From positions 1 to 55,411 of IMG/VR virus record IMGVR_UViG_3300021197_001537: a stretch of 55,411 nucleotides of DNA; one strand, given 5' to 3'. A program made the position numbers and the translations under genes. The notes under the pieces are model-generated. The model saw only the letters and a program-made list of their open reading frames with translations, searched no databases and was not told the origin of the DNA. This document shows positions 46,614 through 54,816 of the stretch, one piece after another; the stretch's first letter is position 1, and each line of letters begins with the position of its first letter. This DNA comes from a virus. Taxonomy: Duplodnaviria; Caudoviricetes.

Positions 46614-48512
46614 ATGGCAGACGATAATATCAAAAACGAAGACTCGGCTTTATTTAAGCGACTAACGAGACTATTCTCTGGACCTATTGTAAATAGGCGA
46701 CAGCAAAACAGAAGAAAGTTTAAGAGACAGGCATTAGACAATTATGCCACTCGCTTTACTTCTGCTTCTGGGAAACAATTTCAGAAGAACCAGTATAACC
46801 CATTCGAGCAGATAAACTCAGATGCGATGAATAACCGTGTCCGTTTTGAGCGATATGTTGACTTCGACCAAATGGAGTTCGAACCTATCATCGCCTCGTC
46901 CTTGGATATTTATGCAGACGAGATGACTTATCATAATGAACTCAACAATATGATAAACATTGAATGCCCAAACCAAGAGATTAAATCTACATTAGAATCT
47001 CTTTATAATAACGTCCTAAACGTTGATTTTAACCTTTACGGTTGGTGTCGAACAATGTGCAAATATGGAGATTACTTTCTCTATGTCGATATTGACGACA
47101 AGCTCGGCGTAAAGTCTTTTATTCCGCTTCCACCAGCAGAGGTGGAGAGATTAGAGGGCGAAGACCCAACTAACCCCAATTATGTTCAATATCAATGGAA
47201 CTCTGCTGGGCTTACTTTTGAGAACTGGCAAGTGGCTCACTTCCGCATTCTAGGTAATGACAAGTACGCTCCTTACGGAACTTCTATCTTAGAACCAGCC
47301 CGACGCATCTGGCGACAACTTCACCTTCTAGAAGACGCTATGATGTCTTACAGAATCACTCGCTCACCAGAACGAAGAGTTTTCTATGTTGACGTTGGTA
47401 ACATTTCTCCACAAGACGTAGAACAATACATGCAGAAGGTCGTAACAACTATGAAGAAGAATCAAGTTGTTGATGCAAACACTGGACGTGTCGACCTTCG
47501 TTACAACCCACTCTCTATTGACGAGGACTACTTCATTCCTGTCCGAGGTGGCGAGAGCACAAAGATTGAATCACTTCCAGGCGGAACCTACACAGGCGAC
47601 ATTGACGACGTAAAATACTTAAGAGATAAACTCTTTGCAGCTTTAAAGATTCCTCAGTCTTATCTTTCTCGTTCAGAGGGAGCAGACGAGGACAAGGCTA
47701 CGCTCGCACAAAAAGACATTCGCTTTGCAAGAACTATTCAAAGACTTCAGCGTTCTGTTATTGCAGAATTAGAAAAGGTTGGAATTATTCACCTTTACAC
47801 TCTTGGCTATCGAGGCGAGGACTTAACCAAGTTTGGTCTTAAGCTAAACAACCCTTCACAGATAGCAGCAATGCAAGAGTTAGAGCACATGAAGACTAAG
47901 TTCGAGGTTGCTGACTCGGCAACAGAAGGTTACTTCTCAAAGGCTTGGGTTTATAGAAACATTTTTAGACTTACAGAAGAAGAAGTTATTCGCATTCAAA
48001 GAGAGATGTTCCACGACTCCAAGTTCGCCGCAGCTATTGAAGCAGCAGGTGAAGCTCCCGAAGGCGGCGAAGGCGGTGGAGGAGACTTTGGCGGAGACGA
48101 AGACTTCGGTGACGAAGGCGGAGACGACATGGACCTCGGAGATGAAGGCGGAGATGAGCCAGAATCAGCACTCTTGGCAGCACCAGGTAAGAGAGATGGA
48201 TATCTCACACCAGGAGCCAAGGGCAAGGTCTACCACCCAGAGAAAGTTGATTCAAGACCTTCTGGTGCTCGGACACGTTCTATAAAGTCTAAATGGTCAG
48301 ACGAAACTGCTTCTAACACCCCACGTAACGTAATGCCAGGAATGTCTGACTTGAAGTCTCTTTCTCGTGGCATTTACGAGGGTAATGAAACTACTTACAC
48401 TGACGCAGATGAAAAATTGCTTCTTGAAGTGAATCAAGAGTTAACTGACTGGCAAGTCAAGGCACTCGTGAAAGACCTTGAAAAGAAGAATAATAAGCAA
48501 TTAAAAGGATAA
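46614..48512 (+). CDS. gp20: Portal vertex protein (T4 gp20-like)
   Basis: LLEDAMMSYRITRSPERRVFYVDVGN, EDYFIPVRGG, IESLPGG and DVKYLRDKLFAALKIP. Confidence 0.95.
   Translation: MADDNIKNEDSALFKRLTRLFSGPIVNRRQQNRRKFKRQALDNYATRFTSASGKQFQKNQYNPFEQINSDAMNNRVRFERYVDFDQMEFEPIIASSLDIYADEMTYHNELNNMINIECPNQEIKSTLESLYNNVLNVDFNLYGWCRTMCKYGDYFLYVDIDDKLGVKSFIPLPPAEVERLEGEDPTNPNYVQYQWNSAGLTFENWQVAHFRILGNDKYAPYGTSILEPARRIWRQLHLLEDAMMSYRITRSPERRVFYVDVGNISPQDVEQYMQKVVTTMKKNQVVDANTGRVDLRYNPLSIDEDYFIPVRGGESTKIESLPGGTYTGDIDDVKYLRDKLFAALKIPQSYLSRSEGADEDKATLAQKDIRFARTIQRLQRSVIAELEKVGIIHLYTLGYRGEDLTKFGLKLNNPSQIAAMQELEHMKTKFEVADSATEGYFSKAWVYRNIFRLTEEEVIRIQREMFHDSKFAAAIEAAGEAPEGGEGGGGDFGGDEDFGDEGGDDMDLGDEGGDEPESALLAAPGKRDGYLTPGAKGKVYHPEKVDSRPSGARTRSIKSKWSDETASNTPRNVMPGMSDLKSLSRGIYEGNETTYTDADEKLLLEVNQELTDWQVKALVKDLEKKNNKQLKG
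48040..48165 (+). repeat. Gly/Asp/Glu low-complexity repeat in the portal C-terminus
   Basis: EGGEGGGGDFGGDEDFGDEGGDDMDLGDEGGDE; repeated GGCGGAGAC/GAAGGCGG units. Confidence 0.75.
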
Positions 48513-48520
48513 CTAATCAA

Positions 48521-49351
48521 ATGAAGTTTAAGCACAATAAAAAGAGAAACACAGCATTCCTATTTGAAACCCTTATCAAGGAAATGGCAAAGTCAGTAGT
48601 AGCCAACGACTCTGAGCGACAGACAAAAATCGCAAAGATTATCAAAAGGCATTTCACCAAACGTGGAGTTCTCTACAAAGACTTGCAGTCCTACAAGGTT
48701 CTAATGGAGCTTAAAGAAGCAGAGTCCGACTTCGCAAAGAGAATTATTTCAGAAGTTCGCAGAGACAGGGATAGACTCAACACTCAGAATATCTTTTCAG
48801 AGCAGTCAAGACTTATCAAGAAGATTAACGTAGAACTAGGGCAAGAGGTTTATTCCAACTTTGTTCCAAACTACAAGACCATGGCTACTATTGGTCAGTT
48901 GTTCGCCGACAACGTTTCTCCTAATGAGAAAGTTATCCTTGAGGATAAACTTCTTACAGAGATGACAAAGGCAGAAGAGAAAACTGAAAAAGAAATCTTA
49001 GAGCATCTCGACTCTATCGCTTATAAGACTTTTACTAATAAGTTCAATAAAGCTTATGCTGGCAAGCTTCACGAAGAGCAGCAGCAGGTTGTTTCAAAAT
49101 ACATCTATTCCGTCTCAGACAACGGCATCTCCCTCAAGACTTATCTGAACGAAGAAGTCGGAAGACTTCGAGATAAGGTCAAAGCTTCTTTAGACGCAAA
49201 AGAAATCAGTGCTGACCCAGAGATGGTTGAAAAGACAGAGAAGGTTTTGGAATTCCTAAACAGCCTTACCGAAACCAAGCTTGATGAAGCTTCTATCAAA
49301 AAGATTATGCAGATTCAAGGTCTTGTCAGAGAGGTAGAAACAAATGAATGA
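48521..49351 (+). CDS. Hypothetical head-cluster protein
   Basis: 276-aa helical ORF (MKFKHNKKRNTAFLFETL) right after the portal. Confidence 0.7.
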   Translation: MKFKHNKKRNTAFLFETLIKEMAKSVVANDSERQTKIAKIIKRHFTKRGVLYKDLQSYKVLMELKEAESDFAKRIISEVRRDRDRLNTQNIFSEQSRLIKKINVELGQEVYSNFVPNYKTMATIGQLFADNVSPNEKVILEDKLLTEMTKAEEKTEKEILEHLDSIAYKTFTNKFNKAYAGKLHEEQQQVVSKYIYSVSDNGISLKTYLNEEVGRLRDKVKASLDAKEISADPEMVEKTEKVLEFLNSLTETKLDEASIKKIMQIQGLVREVETNE

Positions 49352-49883
49352 AGATATTAAAGTCCAGATTGGTGAGCCAGAAGAGAAGAGTGTAGTCTAC
49401 AACCCTAAGATGAAAATGGCTCTTCGTAAAACTCTATCAGGCGATTATGCTATTTTCGACCACGCTGACTTGGACATCGTAGTCCAGCCAGAATCGAAGC
49501 AAGTTCTTGCTTTCCCGAAGAATGAAATGTCTGACGATGTTTACGCAGCCCAAGACAGGTTGTTCGACTTCCTCGGTAGAAAGGGTGTTCTTGTTAGAGA
49601 TTCTGTTCAGGCAGGAAACGTCTATGGAACAATCCAAGCTACTTATCCCACTGCCACCAACGGTGCAAACGAAACAGAAGTAGTTATCTACTCTATCGGT
49701 CGCTTTATCGAAGAAGAAAAACCCTACTATGCACACGAAGAGGCACTTGAGGATGAAATGACTCAAGCAGTCACCAACCCTTCAGAGGAAGACTCGACAG
49801 AGTTAGGTGAAGTTCCACAGGAAGTAGAAAAAGGAACTGTTCCAAAATATCCCGCCATCAAGTCTTACTATAGAGTTTACTAG
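49344..49883 (+). CDS. Hypothetical protein
   Basis: 179-aa ORF overlapping the upstream stop, preceded by GAGG. Confidence 0.7.
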   Translation: MNEDIKVQIGEPEEKSVVYNPKMKMALRKTLSGDYAIFDHADLDIVVQPESKQVLAFPKNEMSDDVYAAQDRLFDFLGRKGVLVRDSVQAGNVYGTIQATYPTATNGANETEVVIYSIGRFIEEEKPYYAHEEALEDEMTQAVTNPSEEDSTELGEVPQEVEKGTVPKYPAIKSYYRVY

Positions 49884-49895
49884 AAAGGAACTCAA

Positions 49896-50192
49896 GTGCT
49901 ACCCCTCACTTATTTTATCTTATCATCATTCGGACTTACACAAATTCTAGTCTACGGTTCTATCTTTAACCCTATCAGACCGACCAAGGGAAAGCTAGGA
50001 GAGTTATTTAGATGCCCTATGTGTCTAGGTTTTTGGATTGGTTTACTTTTATGGAGTCTAAATAATCAAACGGAACTATTTAGTTTTGATTATAGTCCAT
50101 TAACGGCAATCTTGCTTGGGTGTTTGAGTTCTGGAACTTCTTACATTATTGCAATGCTATTTGACGACAATGGCTTAAAAATAAGCAAATGA
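49896..50192 (+). CDS. DUF1360-like small membrane protein with CxxC
   Basis: Three hydrophobic segments; LGELFRCPMCLGFWIG motif; GTG start after AAGGA. Confidence 0.6.
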   Translation: MLPLTYFILSSFGLTQILVYGSIFNPIRPTKGKLGELFRCPMCLGFWIGLLLWSLNNQTELFSFDYSPLTAILLGCLSSGTSYIIAMLFDDNGLKISK

Positions 50193-50206
50193 AAGTGAGG
50201 TTTCCA

Positions 50207-50305
50207 ATGGCAAACAAAAGATGGATGTTACAGCCTGTTCGTAATTGCTGCAAAGGCAGTAAACCCAAGCAGGGAGAGCCTGCTTTTTATTATTTATGGA
50301 GTTGA
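50207..50305 (+). CDS. Putative 32-aa Cys-Cys micropeptide
   Basis: GAGG-6 nt-ATG; MANKRWMLQPVRNCCKGSKPKQGEPAFYYLWS; below the ORF-track cutoff. Confidence 0.45.
   Translation: MANKRWMLQPVRNCCKGSKPKQGEPAFYYLWS
50267..50288 (+). terminator. Hairpin with a short U-tract (intrinsic terminator-like)
   Basis: AAGCAGG-GAGAG-CCTGCTT followed by TTT. Confidence 0.5.
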
Positions 50306-50308
50306 CAA

Positions 50309-50923
50309 ATGAACAATAAAGTTCTACTAAGAGAATATTATGAGCTTTGCGAAGGCGGGATATGCCAAGACTTTCTAACTGAAAGTGAAAAGCGAGAGGT
50401 TGCCGACGGAAAGGCAATGTATCTTACTGGCGTTATTCAGAGAGCAAAAGCAAAGAACCAAAATGGTAGAGTCTACCCAAGAGAAGTCTTGGAGAGAGAA
50501 GTAGAGAACTATCAAAAAGTGGTAAGAGAGAATAGGGCACTTGGTGAGTTAGACCACCCAGAAGACTCTGTTGTTAATTTGAAGAACGTTTCACACCTTA
50601 TGACTCAAATTTGGTGGGAAGGTGACAACGTAATGGGGAAGTGTAAAATCCTCAACACACCTTCGGGGCAGATTCTCCAGTCTCTTGTTCAGTCACAGGT
50701 TACACTCGGCATTTCCTCAAGAGGAATGGGTTCGGTTCATGAGGATAGACAGGGTAACACTATTGTTGAAGACGACTTCAACCTTATCTGTTTTGACTTT
50801 GTTTCAGACCCTTCTACTATCGGAGCTTTTATGGGATTAGCCGAGGGCAAGATTAAAACAACAAATGTCTACACTAAAGCAGACAAGATTAACAGATTAC
50901 TAAACGACATTGTAAGGGACTAA
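50309..50923 (+). CDS. gp21: Prohead core protease (T4 gp21-like)
   Basis: NQNGRVYP, ALGELDHP, GISSRGMGS and FDFVSDPS (His/Ser/Asp motifs). Confidence 0.95.
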   Translation: MNNKVLLREYYELCEGGICQDFLTESEKREVADGKAMYLTGVIQRAKAKNQNGRVYPREVLEREVENYQKVVRENRALGELDHPEDSVVNLKNVSHLMTQIWWEGDNVMGKCKILNTPSGQILQSLVQSQVTLGISSRGMGSVHEDRQGNTIVEDDFNLICFDFVSDPSTIGAFMGLAEGKIKTTNVYTKADKINRLLNDIVRD

Positions 50924-50925
50924 AA

Positions 50926-51381
50926 TTGAAGAAATCAGAACTAAAGAACATTATTCAGCCTATCGTAGAAGAATGTGTAAAAGACGCACTCTTATCAAGC
51001 GGCTTATTGTCTAAGGTTATTTCAGAAGTTATTGCTGGCGTCCAAGGCGGACTTATGACGGAGACTCGTCAAGCAGCACCTGTCCAGCAGCAGCCAACGC
51101 CAGCCCCACAGCAAACGAATCAAATGAGCCAAGCCGAGAAAGAAAAGATTTTAGAAAATAAAAAGAAACTTCTTGACGCTATTGGTTCTTCGTCTTATAA
51201 TGGTGTCGATGTATTTGAGGGAACCAAGCCTTTAAAGAAGGGCGGTTCGGCTTCTAAGGGTTCAGGCGGATATAAAGCATTCGACGGAGTTGACCCTAAC
51301 GACCCAGGTGTCAATATTGATGGACTCGCAAGCAGTCTCGGCAATGTCTGGAAGAAACTAGCAGAAGGTAACAAGAAGTAA
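50926..51381 (+). CDS. Hypothetical head-cluster protein
   Basis: MKKSELKNII N-terminus, Q/P-rich linker, DPNDPGVNI; TTG start. Confidence 0.7.
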   Translation: MKKSELKNIIQPIVEECVKDALLSSGLLSKVISEVIAGVQGGLMTETRQAAPVQQQPTPAPQQTNQMSQAEKEKILENKKKLLDAIGSSSYNGVDVFEGTKPLKKGGSASKGSGGYKAFDGVDPNDPGVNIDGLASSLGNVWKKLAEGNKK

Positions 51382-52016
51382 TGGCTAGGACTTTTATCCG
51401 AGGCGGCTCTGCTGCTACACAACTACAGGCAGGCAAGCCTTTCTTCAAGAGAATTATTAGAATAGGCGGAGACAGCGGATATCTACGTGCCGATGGCTTA
51501 ACTTGCGAAATTGACGGAACAGGACGGATTAACTTCGCTGACGTGTTCTCACCTGACTGGAATGCAGGTGCTGACGGTCATGGCGGCGAGCTTATTATGG
51601 TTGAGTTTCCAAGCACAATAAGGAGTGCAAAAGTCTTAATCGAAGAAGCATGGTATAAAGAAGGGGCAATTGCCACAGAAGCATTAGAGGTAGGAGACCC
51701 AGGCATTAGATGCAAGGTTGCTCTTTTGGCAGAAGACCAGGACGTCCAAGTCACTCAAGGCGGTTCAGACGCTAAGCCTCTTACTTTGAGTAATTTTATT
51801 GAAATCAATGTAGGTGAGACAGCGACAGTTAGTTCGAGGTCTAAAGTTTTATTCATCCTTGTTCAGAAATTTGATTACGACGTTTCAGGAAACGAACCTT
51901 ACATTTTCGACACAGGTCCAGCTTTGACACAGGGTGTTGCAGGCGCACCTGACGATGCAATTTCAATTCTCGTCACGGCTGTCTTGGACCACGAACCATC
52001 AGCGGGAGCAAACTAA
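51381..52016 (+). CDS. Putative virion (decoration-like) protein, paralogue of 53213..53968; may continue into 52016..52897 in the -1 frame
   Basis: Shared MAR..I.GG.AATQLQAGKPFFKR, DGLTC, GEL.MVEFP.TIRS and IEI..GETAT. Confidence 0.7.
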   Translation: MARTFIRGGSAATQLQAGKPFFKRIIRIGGDSGYLRADGLTCEIDGTGRINFADVFSPDWNAGADGHGGELIMVEFPSTIRSAKVLIEEAWYKEGAIATEALEVGDPGIRCKVALLAEDQDVQVTQGGSDAKPLTLSNFIEINVGETATVSSRSKVLFILVQKFDYDVSGNEPYIFDTGPALTQGVAGAPDDAISILVTAVLDHEPSAGAN

Positions 52017-52897
52017 TGGTCGACCCAAACTCTAAAGTTATAAACCCAGACGGAACAGAAAGAACTTTGCGTCAAATTTGGGGCAGACCTACAGGTAGAG
52101 TTATCGCACCCATGAGCACCAAAGCCATTCAGTTCGACGGCACCGATGACATTGTAACTGTCACTGACGATGATGCTTTTAGTCCAACAAATGGTGTAAC
52201 AGATACGCCGTTTTCTATTTCTGCTTGGGTTTGGGTGGGAGACATTGCTACAGACAATGGTCCTTTTGTTACAAAATCAAACAACGACATCCCCGTCCGA
52301 AATGAATACATTTTTAAGCACGCTAACGGCAAATTGGGCGCTTTTGTTTATGACAGCACTCTCAGTGCTAACGGTAACGCTCTTCGAGCCCAAGCACCCG
52401 CAGCGTCTCTGACAAGTGCAACTTGGCACCATGTTGTTGTAACTTATGATGGTAGCACGTCCGCAGCAGGATTAAAAATCTACGCAGAAGGTTCGCTGGT
52501 GACAACAACAAATGATGAGTCAGGAACCTATGACAGGCTCAAGAACACAGCAACTCCATTAACCTTTGGCTCAACTCAAGACGCAAACGTCCCCGCCCGA
52601 AGATTCGAAGATTATCTTGCGGACATTTGCTTCTTCAATAAAGAGTTATCCGCAGCAGAGGTCTTGGAAGTCTTCAACGGTACCGAAGGCGTCGTAGGCT
52701 CAGGAAGAGTAAAAGACATGAGCAAATTCTCAGATGTCAGCAGCATTGTTGGCTGGTGGCAAATGGGCGACGGAGACAATAACGGAACCAACGGAATTCT
52801 CGATTCTATTGGTTCAAATAACGGCACAGTGGAAAATGGCTCGATAATAGTTCAAGCCAAAAACTTAAAATCAGATTACATAACCAAGATACTTTAA
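52016..52897 (+). CDS. LamG/concanavalin A-like domain protein
   Basis: FDGTDD, FSISAWV, WHHVVVTYDG, LSAAEVLEVFN and GWWQMGDG. Confidence 0.85.
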   Translation: MVDPNSKVINPDGTERTLRQIWGRPTGRVIAPMSTKAIQFDGTDDIVTVTDDDAFSPTNGVTDTPFSISAWVWVGDIATDNGPFVTKSNNDIPVRNEYIFKHANGKLGAFVYDSTLSANGNALRAQAPAASLTSATWHHVVVTYDGSTSAAGLKIYAEGSLVTTTNDESGTYDRLKNTATPLTFGSTQDANVPARRFEDYLADICFFNKELSAAEVLEVFNGTEGVVGSGRVKDMSKFSDVSSIVGWWQMGDGDNNGTNGILDSIGSNNGTVENGSIIVQAKNLKSDYITKIL

Positions 52898-52912
52898 CAC
52901 GAAAGGAACAAA

Positions 52913-53176
52913 ATGAGAGATAAAGGAAAAGGTTTATTTGAAGAGAGAATTAGAAGTGGAGAATCTACGGAAGCATTCGTAAGACGAGCACTTCGTAAAT
53001 TAAAGAAGGAAGGTGTTATGAATATTATTCGTGACCCTTCTCGTGGAACTGCCGAGTGCAGAAACACACCAAAGAAATCACTTCGCAAGAAGTATAAGAA
53101 AATCGAGGCAGAACGTCGCAGGTTTGCTGATGAGGCTCGCAAGAGAAAAAGACAACGACAAAACAGAAACGAATAA
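52913..53176 (+). CDS. rpsU: Phage-encoded ribosomal protein bS21-like protein (divergent)
   Basis: IRSGESTEAFVRRALRKLKKEGVMNIIR resembles the bS21 V-R-x-x-E-x-x-E-x-ALRRFK...G-V pattern; KKSLRKK...AERRR basic tail; 87 aa. Confidence 0.7.
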   Translation: MRDKGKGLFEERIRSGESTEAFVRRALRKLKKEGVMNIIRDPSRGTAECRNTPKKSLRKKYKKIEAERRRFADEARKRKRQRQNRNE

Positions 53177-53183
53177 CTATTTA
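53176..53183 (+). promoter_or_regulatory. Putative late promoter ACTATTTA
   Basis: At the gene boundary upstream of GAGGA and the ATG at 53213. Confidence 0.55.
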
Positions 53184-53212
53184 TTCTTAGTTTATAAAAG
53201 AGGACTTTTACA

Positions 53213-53968
53213 ATGGCAAGAAATTATATCCTTGGTGGCATGGCAGCGACCCAACTCCAAGCAGGAAAACCCTTCTTTAAAAGAGTTGTTAGAATCAATG
53301 GCAACGTCGGAGGCACCGATGGTGTAGGCGGCATACCAAGAGCTTTGTCAGACCCAGAGGCACCAGGCACCGACGGGCTTACTTGTAAAATCACAGCCGC
53401 TGGTGATATCGATTTCAGTGGCGATGCTGGTAATTCAAAAGCTTGGAATGCTGGAGCAGCAGGCGAAGACGGAGAATTGCTTATGGTAGAATTTCCAACG
53501 ACCATTCGAAGCGTTCAGATTCTCATGGAAGAAACTGTCGTAGGCGGAACTAAAGAAGCAGCAGGCGCAGGACTTGTGAGAGCAAAAGTAATGCTTACGG
53601 CTCCAGGTCAGGATGTCAATGCTGATGATGCAGCGGACCCTGTTATTGCTCAACCCATCCAAAACGGCAACTACATTGAAATAAAGCAAGGTGAGACAGC
53701 AACAATCAATTCGAGAACAAAGGTTGTTTTCATTTTAATTCAAAGGTTCTTGAACGATGATGTCTTCACAGGTGGTTCAGCACTCACGGTAGGTGCTGCT
53801 TCTGCCACCACTGACGCACTTTCAATCCTTATCACAGGCGTTCTTGACTTTGAGCCTAATTCAGGAAGCTCACAAGCAGACAGAGAGCCTAATTCAGTCA
53901 TTATCCCAGCAGTTGGTGACGAGAGAAGCCTTCGCAAGATTTGGGGCAAAGGCAGCGGCGTAGGATAA
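53213..53968 (+). CDS. Putative virion (decoration-like) protein, paralogue of 51381..52016
   Basis: Full-length similarity to 51381..52016, plus a C-terminal PNS...ERSLRKIWG matching the start of 52016..52897. Confidence 0.7.
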   Translation: MARNYILGGMAATQLQAGKPFFKRVVRINGNVGGTDGVGGIPRALSDPEAPGTDGLTCKITAAGDIDFSGDAGNSKAWNAGAAGEDGELLMVEFPTTIRSVQILMEETVVGGTKEAAGAGLVRAKVMLTAPGQDVNADDAADPVIAQPIQNGNYIEIKQGETATINSRTKVVFILIQRFLNDDVFTGGSALTVGAASATTDALSILITGVLDFEPNSGSSQADREPNSVIIPAVGDERSLRKIWGKGSGVG

Positions 53969-53972
53969 AGCA

Positions 53973-54635
53973 ATGTCGGGTAAGTCTGGACCAGGCGGTC
54001 GCTCAAGTGGTAAATCGTCAGGAGGCACCATCGGCTTGGCAACTTCTATTTCAGAAGACTTGCTTGAGTCTATTACCGCCGACGTAACAGCAGCCGTAGG
54101 CACTGGCGGAGGAGGAAGTGGAACTTCAGTTTCAGAAGTAACTGCTCACTCAATTACCGCCGCTGCTGGAACGGACGTTTTCACCACACTTACCCACAAC
54201 CTTGGAACAACCAACTATCTTATTCAATTGTTTGACTCGTCAGGAAACAATATTGTAGTTCCTTTTACTCGCAGCGAAAACAACACTGTCTTTTATTTTG
54301 GCGATGTTTCAAATAACACAACCTATACAGCGTTAGTGTCAGGAGGCAACGACACTGCAATAGAAACTGCCATTTCAAACGCTGTTATTGAAGCCATTGC
54401 TGCTTCGTCATCTTTATTGCCAGAGATAAAGTCCTACACCATAACAGCCAATGTTGGCTCTAATGTTTTTGAAACACTCGCACACAACTTGGGTGCTTCT
54501 GATTATGTTGTTCAAATAATTGACTCGAATAAGAACAATATTGTTATTCCATTTACGAGAAGCTCGAATGACGTCGTTTTCTACTTCGGCGAGGTTACTT
54601 CGCAAGAAAGTTACAGCATCATCATCGTTCATTAA
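53973..54635 (+). CDS. Virion fibre/appendage-type protein with two HNLG beta-domains
   Basis: Two ~68-aa copies of VF.TL.HNLG...Y..Q..DS..NNIV.PFTRS.N..VFYFG. Confidence 0.7.
   Translation: MSGKSGPGGRSSGKSSGGTIGLATSISEDLLESITADVTAAVGTGGGGSGTSVSEVTAHSITAAAGTDVFTTLTHNLGTTNYLIQLFDSSGNNIVVPFTRSENNTVFYFGDVSNNTTYTALVSGGNDTAIETAISNAVIEAIAASSSLLPEIKSYTITANVGSNVFETLAHNLGASDYVVQIIDSNKNNIVIPFTRSSNDVVFYFGEVTSQESYSIIIVH
54135..54630 (+). repeat. Tandem domain duplication (copies start near 54135 and 54423)
   Basis: HNLGTTNYLIQLFDSSGNNIVVPFTRSENNTVFYFG versus HNLGASDYVVQIIDSNKNNIVIPFTRSSNDVVFYFG. Confidence 0.85.
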
Positions 54636-54707
54636 AACTTTTTTTACCCTCTCAAAACCTAAATCACCAATCCTAAAAAAAACCTATTCTTTATCTTTTT
54701 CTGTAGC

Positions 54708-54787
54708 CTAAATAAAGGCAGGTGGGAGAGGTTTCTCTTGTCCATCTTAACTCAAATTTTATAGTGCAGAGTCACGAATACTTGCAC
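54708..54787 (+). promoter_or_regulatory. Putative late promoter CTAAATA followed by a structured leader (two hairpins)
   Basis: CTAAATA at 54708-54714; imperfect hairpins at 54720-54747 and 54764-54787; AGGAGG at 54803. Confidence 0.45.
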
Positions 54788-54816
54788 ATTTAACATTATT
54801 TTAGGAGGATAAAATT

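Noticed and set aside
50190-50206. Readthrough or selenocysteine at the TGA ending the DUF1360-like gene
   Set aside because: A second in-frame TGA follows two codons later and the micropeptide is in a different frame
1374-54711. Many short minus-strand and alternate-frame ORFs (60-130 aa)
   Set aside because: They overlap well-supported plus-strand genes and have no recognisable motifs
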